A stretch of 64,000 nt of DNA from IMG/VR virus record IMGVR_UViG_3300018494_000083, one strand, 5' to 3'. The position numbers and the translations under genes were made by a program. The stretch's first letter is position 1, and each line of letters starts with the position of its first letter. This document shows positions 1 through 13,700 of this stretch, piece after piece. Under the pieces are notes generated by a model. The model made no database searches, was not told the origin of the DNA, and saw only the letters and a list, made by a program, of their open reading frames with translations. This DNA is from a virus. Lineage: Duplodnaviria; Caudoviricetes.

Positions 1-1
1 C

Positions 2-1303
2 GAGACGACAAATGACGGTGTTTATATTGGAACTGCTGGAATTGGTCTCGGAAAAGGTAAGTTCACCGTATCCAAAGCGGGTTATATGACAGCGATATCT
101 GGTCTTATCGGCGGTTGGACACTGTCCAACAATGATATGTATGGTTATAATTCAACCAATGGTGGATATAACGGTATGTATGCTACTGGTAAAGTATTTA
201 CTGGTGCCAATTCTAGCGTCGTTACATACTATGGTGAATTATTTGCATATGACGGATCCGGAAACCAATATGCAGTATATTTGGCAGCGATTTTATCAAA
301 TGGTGATGCTCTGTTCCAAAACATTCAGAGTAATGGAGCAATCAATGCAAGGTCACTCAGCGTTGAATCGGCAATCGATGCATCTACCATAAACGCTACA
401 AATATATACGTTGATTCTTTAACGACGACGTCGTTAAAGGTAACGGGAATAGTAACTGATCAGATCAAATCTGCTCAGAATAGTGATTGTTATTTGAACA
501 TGTGGTATGACCCGGGAAGTTCAGACTCGACCACTAAATCATATACTGCAACCGTATCCGTGTCTGATGGTATGACGATTAAAATATCACTAAATGATGC
601 GCTGTTCGAAGCAAAAACATTTACAGTATATTTTAAAAATATCTTTGGACTAGAGGAACGTACAGTCACAATGACGGTTTCGGCAGGATCGACAAGTGCG
701 ACAAAGAAAACGGGTGTAATATTCAGAGTTAATAATGCATATTTTAATTCTGGGTATACGCAGACTACTACAACGTTCTCACAAACAAAAACGACCACAT
801 ATACTAACCGTGGTGGTATTGATAGCCATACCTCAATTAACCCATATACAACAGATAAATATAATCTCGGAAATACTACGTATTATTGGGCTTCTATTTA
901 TGTCAATAACCTATATTTCAAAACACCTGCCACTGAGTGGTCTGATAAGCGGTTTAAGAAAAACATAAATGTTGTTACTGATAAATATGATGCATTTTAC
1001 GACGATTTACTTCCAAGCGAATATAGTTATATCGATGGTAAACGAATTCATTTCGGGCTTGTCGCTAACGATATAAAGGATTTGCTTGAGAAGCATAATA
1101 TTGATACAAATGATTTTGCTCCATTTGTTGAATTCCATTTACATGACGAATTAGGTCATGAACTCGAAGAGACTCGATATGGAATTCGTTATACAGAGTT
1201 CATTGCTCTGAATATCTATCAGATTCAGAAGCTTAAAAAGCGTGTTATGGATCTTGAAGATATTATCAATAAAAATAATAAATATAAAGACAAAAATAAG
1301 TGA
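2..1303 (+). CDS. Tail fibre/spike C-terminal part with peptidase S74 intramolecular chaperone (5' truncated by window)
   Basis: Frame open from base 2; Ser/Thr/Gly-rich beta repeats; WSDKRFKKNI autocleavage motif, HFGLVANDI, YGIRYTEFIAL plus terminal coiled coil typical of S74 domains. Confidence 0.85.
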   Translation, partial: ETTNDGVYIGTAGIGLGKGKFTVSKAGYMTAISGLIGGWTLSNNDMYGYNSTNGGYNGMYATGKVFTGANSSVVTYYGELFAYDGSGNQYAVYLAAILSNGDALFQNIQSNGAINARSLSVESAIDASTINATNIYVDSLTTTSLKVTGIVTDQIKSAQNSDCYLNMWYDPGSSDSTTKSYTATVSVSDGMTIKISLNDALFEAKTFTVYFKNIFGLEERTVTMTVSAGSTSATKKTGVIFRVNNAYFNSGYTQTTTTFSQTKTTTYTNRGGIDSHTSINPYTTDKYNLGNTTYYWASIYVNNLYFKTPATEWSDKRFKKNINVVTDKYDAFYDDLLPSEYSYIDGKRIHFGLVANDIKDLLEKHNIDTNDFAPFVEFHLHDELGHELEETRYGIRYTEFIALNIYQIQKLKKRVMDLEDIINKNNKYKDKNK

Positions 1304-1314
1304 GGAACACAACT

Positions 1315-1788
1315 ATGAAAATTACATTGTCTTCTATTGAAGCTATTTTTGGTACCTTGAATAAGATCGCTACACAGACACCTGTTGGTGCAAATGCAGC
1401 CATTATTGGCTTCCGTGTGGCAAAAACTATCAAGATCGTACAGACTGATTACGATGCAATTATCTCCGCTCGTAAGAAGATCGATGAGACCTATAAGGAT
1501 AAGATCCGTAAGGATGAAAACGGTGAGCCGATCGTCGACGATCGTGGAGCAGCTATGCTTCTCCCTCAGTTCATTGAACCTCGTCTCAATGAGATCTATT
1601 CCCTCATGGACAGCGAAACAGATGTTGATTATCCCACTATTAAATATAGTGATATCGCATCTAATTTCAATCTCACGCCGCAGGATTATGTTGCGCTCAT
1701 GCCTATTCTCGAGGATGATTCCGAAGAGTTTTTCACTAAGCTTGAGGCAATGAATGATAATCCCGAACACAACACAAAAACCGAATAA
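1315..1788 (+). CDS. Hypothetical tail-module protein (DUF1617-like helical protein)
   Basis: GAGG RBS before ATG 1315; follows tail fibre gene; helical acidic sequence. Confidence 0.6.
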   Translation: MKITLSSIEAIFGTLNKIATQTPVGANAAIIGFRVAKTIKIVQTDYDAIISARKKIDETYKDKIRKDENGEPIVDDRGAAMLLPQFIEPRLNEIYSLMDSETDVDYPTIKYSDIASNFNLTPQDYVALMPILEDDSEEFFTKLEAMNDNPEHNTKTE

Positions 1789-1819
1789 ATCAATAATTTA
1801 ATTGCTATTTAATAGCAAA

Positions 1820-1831
1820 AACAATAATATA
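1820..1831 (+). promoter_or_regulatory. Putative late promoter AACA-N6-TA
   Basis: AACAATAATATA; same motif upstream of at least 12 genes in window. Confidence 0.6.
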
Positions 1832-1840
1832 ATACAATTA

Positions 1841-1876
1841 GGGTCTAATACAGCAATTGTATTAGACCCGTTTTTA
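1841..1876 (+). terminator. Intrinsic terminator-like hairpin
   Basis: GGGTCTAATAC/GTATTAGACCC stem followed by TTTTT. Confidence 0.7.
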
Positions 1877-1898
1877 CATCTATTTAGGAGGTGTATTT

Positions 1899-3623
1899 AT
1901 GAGCATTCCTATTAATGATACCTTCCAAGTCCGTATACAAGGACAGTTGGTAGACTGTATCAAAGCGGAAGCTTATAGTCGTGAAGTTGAGAAAAATTCA
2001 TACTCAATTTTCTATTGCGACTATGAAAAAATCAAATATTTAATAGGTTTGAAAATGGTCTCCGACCAAGCTGATAACTCATCTCTTTGGGTGTCAACTG
2101 GATCTGGAACCTGTCTAAACGCCGATAGTACGTATACTGCATTTAAAGCATATGATGTACTTCTCACTGAAAAGGTCGGCGACAGCAGTTGGCAAACTAC
2201 GCTAATTGCTAACTTAATCACTGGTACTGCAACCGGTATTTCTTCGACGAATATTTATCAATCTCTTGAAGATGTATTCAGTGTAGAGAATGTACCTAGT
2301 GGTGCAATGATAATTGCAACCGCACCGTCAGGTGAAGGTTTTGTAATATATACGAAGACTACCGAAAATCATGGTCCCACGACTGAAGATGACTGGGAAC
2401 TTCTTACCTCTACTGGAGGCGGTGTATCTTCGTTCATGGACTTATTGGATAGACCCACTATTCATTATGGAATAAGGGCTACCAATGAAGTTGATTCTGA
2501 TGCGATAAATAGAATTCTTGCTCGACGTCAGGTTTGTTATGGTGATATGGTTATCATCAAGACAACCGAGGATGCTACTATTGTAGGTGCTCCCTACGAT
2601 GTAATTACCTATATCTTTGATGGTTCTACTTGGATTGCTCTTAACGGGCAACTTGATGTAGAGAAGATCATTATGACTAAAGACCTCCAACTTGATGGAG
2701 ATTGGGATAACGTAGGTAATATCAAAAAGTCGAGAAGAACATGGAATATTACTGGTAAGACGTTATATGAAATTCTGGATGAGATTTTCAATGCGGTTAT
2801 TACGCCGACGATTGGAAAAGAACCTGTCCTGAAAGTCAATGCTCTCAAAACTGGTATGTTTGAGATTGGTACATCTATCACCCAAAACTGGAGCCTCGAG
2901 CTTACAGACGGTGAGTATGAATGTGCCGGTGAAACTGAGAGTATAGAGGCTCATATAGATTCTTACGTTGTAACTTATCTTGGTGATGGTGGAACGCTAC
3001 CTGGCGAACCTTCCCAGTTAAACCAAGATGATATGACAGACGGTAAAATCGTTCTGTCTGGAAATAACGGAACATTCATAATTCCCGAGGGATACAAGAA
3101 GAAGTTCGAAGCATATGCAATGGTTAAAACCGATAAGTGTGCAACGAATAATAAAGGTTCTCTCACTACGGTAAAATATGATCCCGTTTCACAATCAATC
3201 ACACTTGGTCTGGATACTTATCCTTATCACTTATCTGCTGCTAGTGGATATATTGAGTCCTATAGAATGGGATTCTATTTTGGTGAGTCTCTGACTAAAT
3301 ATGCTTCAAATACAATCACAAGCGAGATTGTACGTGCTCTTACCCCGTCTAACACACCTTATCCTACAGCCAAGAGAACAGCAATGTTTACAGTAAGCCC
3401 AGGAACACTTCAGCTTTTGGTAGCAGTACCGAAGGGAAAGCCTGCTCCTGAATTGTATAACCAAACTGTTAACTCTCCGTTCGATTTGACTAAGATGGGA
3501 ACTATCTATGTACAAGCCGCCGATGGAACAGCTGCTAATGCCGCAGAATATGATATCTATGGTTATGCTCCGGCTATTCCGTTCACAACTACTAACACGG
3601 TAGTTGTTACTATCAATGTATAA
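1899..3623 (+). CDS. Putative virion/tail-associated protein (574 aa)
   Basis: AGGAGGT RBS; beta-rich C-terminal module related in style to next gene; tail module context. Confidence 0.65.
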   Translation: MSIPINDTFQVRIQGQLVDCIKAEAYSREVEKNSYSIFYCDYEKIKYLIGLKMVSDQADNSSLWVSTGSGTCLNADSTYTAFKAYDVLLTEKVGDSSWQTTLIANLITGTATGISSTNIYQSLEDVFSVENVPSGAMIIATAPSGEGFVIYTKTTENHGPTTEDDWELLTSTGGGVSSFMDLLDRPTIHYGIRATNEVDSDAINRILARRQVCYGDMVIIKTTEDATIVGAPYDVITYIFDGSTWIALNGQLDVEKIIMTKDLQLDGDWDNVGNIKKSRRTWNITGKTLYEILDEIFNAVITPTIGKEPVLKVNALKTGMFEIGTSITQNWSLELTDGEYECAGETESIEAHIDSYVVTYLGDGGTLPGEPSQLNQDDMTDGKIVLSGNNGTFIIPEGYKKKFEAYAMVKTDKCATNNKGSLTTVKYDPVSQSITLGLDTYPYHLSAASGYIESYRMGFYFGESLTKYASNTITSEIVRALTPSNTPYPTAKRTAMFTVSPGTLQLLVAVPKGKPAPELYNQTVNSPFDLTKMGTIYVQAADGTAANAAEYDIYGYAPAIPFTTTNTVVVTINV

Positions 3624-3635
3624 GGAGGTCCTGAT

Positions 3636-4715
3636 ATGGCAATAGAATTATCATCTAGACCCACTAAATACAATGAGTACCCTAGATCAATTCGTCGTCA
3701 AGGACCTTTCCCTGCATACGATGATGAAATCTTTTTCTCCTTGGGAGATGAAGGTACAACTGACCAAAATACTGCGAGAGGTTATGCAAGATATAGTCCT
3801 ACTGCATATGTGGGACAGTCTATCACTGTCATCGACAAAACTCGTGGTATCTTAACAACTTATCTTATCGCCGATACTTTGGGAACTCTCAAGACTCAGG
3901 ATGTCAAGCTTATTGATGTCGGAGAAGAAGAGGATGATACCAAAGGCTGGACGGGTGCTAAGATTAAAGATTATATAGCAAAATATGTAGAGGAAAATGG
4001 CGGAGGTGGAGGTCCTGCAGTTGCTGCAGGACTTAGCTTTACTGGACTCTCTTCTAGAGTCTGTGAAGTTGGTGAGACCTATTCACTTATTAACTTCGGT
4101 TTTAAAGTTAGCACACCTGGAACCATTCGCAGTGATATTGATTTCACTTGCGGTCTCTACTCATATAAACTTGCACAAGCAGACGTAGCTCAAGATCAAA
4201 CACTTGCAGTAGGTTCATTCACATCTAGTGCCGGTGCTCCGTTGTCAATCAACGGTTCTGTAGAGGCTGGTCTTAAGTCTTATGACTTCGTTGCTTCTGC
4301 AACTGATAAGTCCGGTCCTTTGTCTGCTACTGGTAGATTTGCTGTTACTGGATGCTACTATGCATACTTCGGCTCATCTACTCAGGCTAACATTCAAGCA
4401 AGTATTATTACATCTGATACATTTGCCCAAACCAGTGATGGTGAAGGTGTACAGCTCTGTTCCGGAAACAGATACACAGTCCATATTAATACAGTTGGTA
4501 ACGACTATATTTGGCTTTGTATTCCTGGTGGAAAGACTCTTAAGTCTGTACAGATGAATGGATACGATGTAACAGACGTCTTTATGAAGACATCTAACTT
4601 TGTACATGTGTCTAACGTAACTTCTCATACTAACCTTTCTGTAACGGATTATAACTGCTACAGAACGGATCTCCAGTCTGCGAATAGCGTTACACTTACT
4701 ATAGAATTACAATAA
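3636..4715 (+). CDS. Putative virion/tail-associated protein (359 aa)
   Basis: AGGAGG RBS; YARYSPTAYVGQSITV N-terminal motif, poly-Gly linker, beta-rich C-terminus. Confidence 0.65.
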   Translation: MAIELSSRPTKYNEYPRSIRRQGPFPAYDDEIFFSLGDEGTTDQNTARGYARYSPTAYVGQSITVIDKTRGILTTYLIADTLGTLKTQDVKLIDVGEEEDDTKGWTGAKIKDYIAKYVEENGGGGGPAVAAGLSFTGLSSRVCEVGETYSLINFGFKVSTPGTIRSDIDFTCGLYSYKLAQADVAQDQTLAVGSFTSSAGAPLSINGSVEAGLKSYDFVASATDKSGPLSATGRFAVTGCYYAYFGSSTQANIQASIITSDTFAQTSDGEGVQLCSGNRYTVHINTVGNDYIWLCIPGGKTLKSVQMNGYDVTDVFMKTSNFVHVSNVTSHTNLSVTDYNCYRTDLQSANSVTLTIELQ

Positions 4716-4732
4716 GAGAGGAGATAATATAG

Positions 4733-7700
4733 ATGCCAAAGGTTATCGGTAAAATGACTACCACTGACGCTGACGAAATAATCGCCTATGGTGATCATAT
4801 TGCATCGTCAACATCAGACTCTACTCCTATTAATAAGCGAGTTCCGAAAGCCTTCTATGCTTTCAACTCTAATAAAACGGCAGTCTATGAATCTCTGGAA
4901 GACTATGAAGCGGGTGTATCTAAACCTATCGGTCCGGTATCAGGTGCAACAAGCCTGATACCGAAAGATACTATCGTATTTTTAACCGGTGAGAGTAATG
5001 CATACATCCGACTTGCAAATAAAGCAGGCGGTCTTCCTAACTTCATACCCATTGCTGGTGGTGAATCTAAAATATTCACCGATATGGCTGAAGCTGAGAA
5101 CTATGCAAAGAACATTGGTGAAGTTGGTGAAATTATCACATACATCGACACTGAGAATGAAGAAGTTATCGTTTATAAGATCGATATTAACCGAGTTCTT
5201 ACCGACGTCGCAACTTCGTTCCTTGTACAGCTCTATTCAACAGAAATTCAGACATCTTATACTCTTACTACAGGTCAGTCCTGTGAAGTAGGATTTGTAT
5301 ATAATGAGAAATATGGTAACGATACTACCAATAAACCTGGTACTATCACTTACCAAATCAAGAGACCTACCGATGAGAAGTTTGTAACAATCTCTCATCC
5401 TAACTTGGTCTATAACATCAACCCGACTACGGTAACCGATCCTAACGACCCGAGCTATGAACTTGGTAAGACTTACTGTCCTGTTTACTTCGACCCTGCT
5501 GACTATGGTTATGATTTCGCTGAAGGTGAGAATACTATTCGTATTACCGTAACCGGTGGCGAGTCCAGAAAGCAGAAGTCTATGGACTTTACAGTTAATG
5601 TCATTGCCATGTACCTTGAACCTGACTCAGCATTTAGCGATGCAACTGTCAAGAATATGCAGATTATTACATATGCTTGGTACTGCTTCGGTGAAGGTGT
5701 TGAGAAGACGGTATACTTGGATATTACCGATGATGCTACTGGTGTTAAGAAGACTATTGTTAAAGACATTGGTACTTCTTCCGGTGCATATAACTGGTCA
5801 ACTATTAACCTTAGCGATCTCTTCCCTGGAAAAGAAAGTTACCATGGAACCTATTCCATGGAGCAATACTGCGTAATTACTGGTACTATTGATACTGATA
5901 ATGTAATCAAGTCGGATAGTTTGTATTTCAATATCATGTATTGTGAATCCAATAATCCGGTACCGTTGATTTCTGCATCCATTTCCGCTAATAAGATCGA
6001 TTATGGTGATAACGCATATATCACATATGCGGTTTACTCTTACAATGCATCTACTGAGTATACGAACAATGTAGTTCGTACAATCTACTATTATACCGGC
6101 ACCGATGAGCTCGGTCAGGAACTTACTGCTGATGCTGAGGGTGCACTTCTTGTAGTTGCAGATGACGCAACACCTAGTGCAACCCAGATTAGACGGAGAG
6201 ATACCGGTCTCGAAATTGCTGAAGGTAGATACGTTGTTAAAATCATCTATGATGATGAAGATGTAACTTTCAAAAACGGAGCAGCTAAGGACAGATGGGC
6301 AATTACTGACTATCCTGACCCGAAGACTGCTACTACTATATTCCTTGAGCTGTCTTGTACCAATGAACATGGTACTACTGCAAAGACATTCATGCTCGAG
6401 CTTGGTTCTGTATCCGGTGACTACAACCTGAACCCTGCAAGCGTTCCTACATTCTGTTACTTTACCTCTTCTGGTAAGTCGAATGCATCGGAATCTAAAG
6501 CAAGCTGGACATGTTTCCAGGGTGGTGCAAATACCGGTAAAGTTCTCGAGGCTTCGCTTCAGAACCTGAACTATGTTAACAATGGTTGGATTGAGGATGA
6601 TGAAGGTGCTATCGCTCTCCATCTTAATGGATCTGCAAAGTGTACTATTCCGATTCTCTTTAACGACCAATATCTCTATTATCGTAATGATGGAGATTTC
6701 GTAGAGGCTACTAATACCATTGCTGGTAGTGGTAGAACTATCGTAATTGACTTCAAGGTATCCAACGTCTTGGACTATGGCACACCTTGTATCTCACTCA
6801 TCAACAATACTGAAGGTCGTGGACTTATCGTCACACCTCAGGAAGCTTACCTCACCAATGAGAACTTTAAGCTTCACTACAACTCGGCTGGATCTATCTC
6901 TAACAAAGACTCTATCCCGTTCGTTCAGATCAAGGATAATGAGCGTATCCAGCTTACTATCGTAATCGAGAATGAGAATGCATCGTCAGGTAAGATGAAT
7001 ACAACTCAGTTTATTCGTATGTACCTCAACGGTGAGCTTTCCAAAGCACTCTCCTTCTCCAGCTATTACTTTAGCCAAAACACTAAGCCTTCTCTCGTAC
7101 TTGGTTCTAACGATGCAACCTTGGATGTCTACTCTGTAAGATGCTATGAAATGGCTCTTAAGGATTCTGATATTATCCAGAACTTTATCGCAGATAGACC
7201 TAGTATCAAAGAGAAGATGGCAGAATATGATAAGAACAACATCTACAATACCTCTGGTGGTATGTCTGGTATCAAGCTTGTCTATGATAAGGCTAAGAAG
7301 CTTTATCCTTGCTTCCTGGTAACTGGACAGTTATCTCCTATTAAGGGAAACAAGACCAAGGTTGGTATCATCTATACTGAACCTGCAAGTACTGCTGAAG
7401 GTTTCGAGACTAAGATCAATTGTATGGACTACTATACAAAGGGTGACAATACCGAAGAAAAGATCTATCTTTGCGAAACCAACGTTCAGGGTACGTCTTC
7501 TCAGATTTATGCTAAGAAGAATTACAAGTTCAAATTCGTTCTTATCAAGACAAAAGATTATCAGAATGTAACGTCCTACTATGTCAAGAGTGAAGATGGT
7601 ACGGATGAGACATACTGTGAATATAAGCCGTTCGTATTTAAGAAATGGTATGGACCTGGTAACACTGAGTACTGGGTAAAGATCGCCGATTCTCAGCAGT

Positions 7701-10700
7701 CCGACACATATCAGACCACTTCTACCTACCGAGTAAATGATATCGTTTACTATGCGAAGGCTCAGTGGCAGTGTGTTAAGGCTTGTGATTTCACTGGTAG
7801 CTCTACCAATGGAACTGATGAAACCTCTGTCTTTGCTCCTATCGTTACCGCTTCTCAGTCCAACGTTCTTATCTTCGATGCTACTGATGGAACTGAGGAA
7901 GGCTATCGATATTACTTCGTTCCTGCAGGAAGCGAATTCTACTACAGAGGCGAACAGAATTCTAACATCGCTCAGTACCTTATTCAGGATGAGACCAGAA
8001 TTCGTCAGGCTTCTGCATTGCAATTGAATGCTGAGACTGGAGCTCATCACGTTAACATTGGTGTTAATGATGAGATCTCTGAGTCGAAGTTCAAATACAA
8101 ACTCTTCTCCGAAGGCAACTATATGGGTGCTGCTGAGTCTACTATCTGTGTAAAGGCTGACTACATGTCTCCTGACGGTATCAACTCTGACAACGGTCGA
8201 CTCTTCCCTAAGTTCTTCGAAGATCCCATACCTCCCCAGAGAAACAATCCTTATGGAGAGGATAATAAAGACTGCTTCATCTGTATCCCTGGCTTCCGTT
8301 GCCTTATCTTCCAGAGAGACACGGAGACTAGTGAGATTAACTTCATTGGTCGTTACAACTTCAACTACGATAAGGGTTCTACTAAGTCCTTTGGTCTGGA
8401 GAACGATGGCGATGAAGACGCAGATGGAAATATCACAAATACAACCAAGGCACAGAAATGGGAATACCTTGATAACAAGGATGATATCTGTAACTTCAAA
8501 TCTCATAAACTTCTCGAGCCCATTCCCCAGATTGACTCTGATGGTAGAGTAACTGGTTCTAAGATTGCTGCTCTGTCGGCACTTGAGTCCACATATCCTG
8601 ACCAGGGTGACCTGGAAGATGTTGGATTGGAACCCGACTATATGCACATGCAGGTCATGTACTCTTGGGTTCTCCAGCGTGCAAACTACTGGGAAGCAAG
8701 CTCCGAGACGGTAGTTACTCCGTTTACTTATGACGGTAACTACTACTACAATGAGAGAGATTACCGTAAGGCAATCTTCATTAAGGAATTTGAAAGACAC
8801 TTCAAGAAGTCCCACGTAATTAACTACTACATCTGTGTCGAAACTATAGCACTCGTCGATAACCGTGCAAAGAACATGTTCATGTCCTGCTATGATGTAT
8901 ATCATGACACGAATAGATATGCACAGTATAGAACAGAAGGCAAAGATACTACAGAAGCAAAAGCACTCAGTGAGGTAAATATCAGGTTTACTTCCGGATC
9001 TATTTCTTCCGTTCGTGACTGTATTAATGCTGACACTGGCGAGTTTAACTTTAACTTAATTGACTGGGAGAATTCGATTTTCCCGATTTGGTATACTTCG
9101 CTTTACGATATGGACTCTTGCGGAGGCGTTGATAACAACGGTCGTAACATCTATAACTATGACGTCGAGATTCATGATATCTATGCTTACGACGCAGATG
9201 GTAACCCTACCTACTGCTTCAACGGTGAAGGTTCTGTATTCTGGTGCATGGTTGAGGATGCTTTCGGTGCTGAAATTAAGGCTCGTTGGAATACTCTTCG
9301 TGACTCTACAAAGACATTGCTCTCTCCTGAGATCATGTTTAATGAGTATATGACTAAGGGTGTTGAAACTCTTCCTCCTGTCGTATATAATGAAGACCAA
9401 AGATTCAAATACCTTGATATCTTTACTGATGGATACTATGATATTACGACTCAATCTGATATCTTTACATCCATTTATCAGTACCTCTGTCAAGGTTCTA
9501 AGAAGTATCATAAGCTCTGGTTCGTTGAGAAGCGTATTAGTTTCTTGGATTCGAAATACATCTCTCCTCAGTACCTTGCTAACAATATTTCTTTCCGTAT
9601 CAACAAGGGTACGAATGTTTACGTTACACCCGATGAAATCGCTATTAACGTAACACCTTCCACTACCCAGTATCAATATTGTGAATATGGTAACTCTGCT
9701 GGTACGTACTATGGTGGTAAGTGTAGAGCAGGTGAAACCATTACTATCAAGCCTAGTGCAGCAGGTATCATGCAGGATATCGTGTTTAAGGTCTTCGGAT
9801 CTAATAATATCTCTTCTATCGGAGATATCTCTCATCTCTATCCTAGTAAGCCTGACTTCCGCTATGCAACCTTGCTTAAGGACCTTATCATCGGTTCTTC
9901 TCGTGAGGGATACACTAACTCTTACCTGACCTCTGAGTATATGTCCACTATTAACCTGCCGCTTCTCCAGAAGTTTGACATTAGTAACTGCGATGCACTC
10001 ACAGGTTCTATCGATATGACCGGATGCACAAATATTCAGGAAATCTATGCAGTTGGTACCAACGTTCCTTCGATCTTGGTTCCTAACGGCGGATCTCTTA
10101 GAGTTATGAAGCTTCCTAGATCTATCACAACTCTCAAACTTCAGAACCAGAAGTATATCGAGAACTTGAGTCTCGAGGATTACAGTAACCTGACTCACCT
10201 GTATCTCCAGGATGTTGCAGGTATTGAGATTCCTGAACTGGTAATGAAGGCAACTAACCTCAAGTATGCTCGTCTGATTAATGTCAACTGGGTACTTGAT
10301 GGTAAGGATGTTCTTAATAAACTCATGGCTTGTGGAGGTTTGACCGAAGCTGGTGGAGAAATCGATAAGTGTGTACTTACTGGTAGTATCATCGTTAATA
10401 ATGTCTCGAAGGTTAACCAAGAGCTTTGGACTGACTACTGGGCAAGCTACATTGCCGATGGTTCTCTTAGATTTACTTTTGGTGAATCTGCAAACTTCTT
10501 CTATGCAACCTACTATAAAACAAATGCAACCGACGTTCAGGTTGAAGGTACCACAGGTGCCAATGGATATATCCAGGAAGTAGTTCGTACCGTGGCTGAG
10601 GAAGGCGATGCTACTTGGTATTGCGAGCTTCTTACCGATACATTTGGTAATGGAGCTAATAATATCAACAAGTCGATGTTCCGCCCTGTTCTGTTGGCTA

Positions 10701-13700
10701 CAAACACTAACCAACCTATTGAAGGTGACAATGCTCCTGTAATTACTGACTCTGTTGAGATTAAAGCATCTCTCGTCTCTAGTTACTGGTGTGTAGATGG
10801 TGCTATCACCTCTTACTCGCCTTCTGACTACTATCTTGCACTTGAGGAATATAATGACCAAGGTCATATCCGATATGTGCAGACAGACGGTGTAAATAAC
10901 CGTTATAAGAGAATTGCTACATATGACATGTGGATCCGTAATGCGGATAATACACTTGCTATGTACTCTTCTGTAACTCACAAAGTCGTTCTTAAAGATA
11001 ACAATGGCAACATCGTTTATACCTCTTCCGATGGTATCAGAGCACAGCCTCCTGCTGACGCTCAATCTACCGGTTACTGGTATGACGCAAGTGGTGCACA
11101 GATCATCGTTAATAACCAGATCTGTTCTACTGATAATTTCACTTGTCATATTATCGGTTATGAGGATATCTATACAGAGTTCGTTGATGAAGGTGATATG
11201 CCTGAATATAACAACCCTGAGTATCCTACTAATGGTAACCTTATGTTCTCCCACTGGTCTCCTGTGGTTCCGAGCATTTCTAAGAACGAATGTATCTATT
11301 CACACTTTATCTCGGGTTATACCTCTGCTCCTCTGAACCCTGCATTCTATAAGGATGGTTACGAGGCTTATGAGAGCGACGGTAATGGAAACCCGCTTTC
11401 CTATAAATTGACGAAAGTCGAATCTGCATTTACTGAGACTGGAAATACTGAGCTCGTTATTCCTAAGGCTATTGATGGTATTCCGATCAAGGCTCTGGGA
11501 GATAGACTCTTCAGCTCGATGTTTGCTGGTGGTAGAGGTGTAACTGCTGTCTACTTTGAAACCGGTTCTGAAGTTGAATATATCGGAAACGAAGTATTCT
11601 CTGGATGTACCGACCTGCAGACAATTGAAATCCCTGACTCTGTAAAGCATCTTGGTGAGAATGTATTTAACAACTGTACTGCCACTATCATGTGGACGGG
11701 TAACCCGACTATTACAAATATTGGTAAGTACGCATTCAATAACTGTGCAAGTGAATATATGAAAGTTAACTGCCAACCCAGAGAAAGAAATATCCCTGAT
11801 AGCTTGGTAACCATTGAAGAGCATGCATTTGCTAACTCGAGGATGGATATCAACTGGGGCAGTGTTTCTAAGACTGAGGTAATCGGTAGCTATGCATTCC
11901 AGTCTAGCACAGCTGAAAATATCACGCTTCCTGGCTCTCTCCGTGAAATCGGTTTGAGTGCATTTGGCGGTTGTGAAAATCTCACCGAAATTACTATTCC
12001 AAGATCTACAAAGAGAATTAATGCTGGTGCATTTAACGGATGTAGGAATCTTGCAACGGTAACTCTTGCAAACGGTATTGACCTTGAATATATCGGTACG
12101 GGTAAGACTGTCTTTAATGGTACTGCATTTGCTGGTACTTATGAAGAGGCTGCTACTCATACTACTGATAAACACTGGGTATCCACCGGTGGCGGTAAGG
12201 CACTCTATCTTGATTCTAACAATGGTAAGTATCTCCTCTGTGTTGAGAGTGGAACTACCAGACTTCCCGTTGACAGCAGCACTCTGCTTATTGCAGAATC
12301 TGCTTGTGAAGGCATTATAACTCTTACAAATTTGACGATGGAAGCGTCGTCTAATACAAAGTATATCAATAGCAAAGCCTTCAAGGGTACAGCTATTGCT
12401 GGTACGGTTACTATTCCTAATAACGTAAAAGTTATCGAGGAATCTGTCTTTGAGAACTGTAGTGCTGTCAATACTGTGGTACTTGGCACTGGTGCAGAGA
12501 TTATCCAGTCTTATGCATTTGCTAACTGCGGTGTTGGAACGGTTACCTTTAATGAGGGACTTAAGAGACTCGAAGACTACGCATTCTATAACTGCCAGAA
12601 TATTACAACGGTTGCTCTTCCTGTATCGGTAGAGTATATCGGCGACTTTGTATTCAATAAATGTAACGCAATTCAAATCATGAAAGTTCCCTATGTCGGC
12701 AGAACTAAAGACTCTAATAAGACATATGACTCTGTATTCGGATACTTCTTCGGTTATCAGATCAACCCTGACTCTGTTAAGGTTGGTGATAATCTTACTG
12801 GAAAGACCATCTTCTTTGATACAGAAAAAGCCATTTCTTATGGTACAGAGACAACTATTATGTCTGTCGATGTTAACACTGGAACGCCTGAAGTTCCTGT
12901 AATGGTAAACATGCTCAAGTTTGTAGCAGGACCTAGCGGAAGTAGCATCTACATCCGTAACTCTGTTGCATCTCAGGGCTATGACACTATCGTTGAAATC
13001 ACTGAGGGAGCTACCTATAAAGAAACTTACTATACCTTCCCGAATGGATCGACACCTTATGTAATCACTTCGATTATGAACGATGACAACATCATGGTTT
13101 ATAACAGAGATTACGTTGATCTTATGAAGGAATCTAATATCGCACCTACAACTCAATACTTCAATGAGACCGAGTTTGAGGAATACTATATTCCTAGCTC
13201 GATCAGAGAGATTCATCTGCTTAAGACAGAACGCATTCCGTTCGGTGCATTCCAGAACATTGCAAGTCTCCAGACCTTTACAATCGACGGCAACTGCCCG
13301 ATTTCTGATATTGGTGTTGGTGCATTTGCTAACTGTACTGGACTTTCTACCATTAATGGATTGAGTTTTGCTATTACACTTCGTAACGTTGGAGCCGGTG
13401 CATTCGCTGCATGCTCTAGCTTGACTAGTGTAGAACTTCCTGCCGGTGTTGTATCTATTGGTGATTCGGTATTCAACGGATGTGCCAACCTTGCCACACT
13501 TGCAGTTCCTGCATCTCTTGAAGAAATCGGTGTAGACGCTCTTAAAAATACTGCAATTCAATATAATACTTCTGGTAATATCAAGTACCTCGGCAACTCG
13601 ACAAACCAGTATCTCTGGGCTATCTCTACGGTTGATCCCGATGTTGCGAACAATACTCTTGCTGAGTCCACTGTTGGTATTTACTACGACTGCTTCAAGG

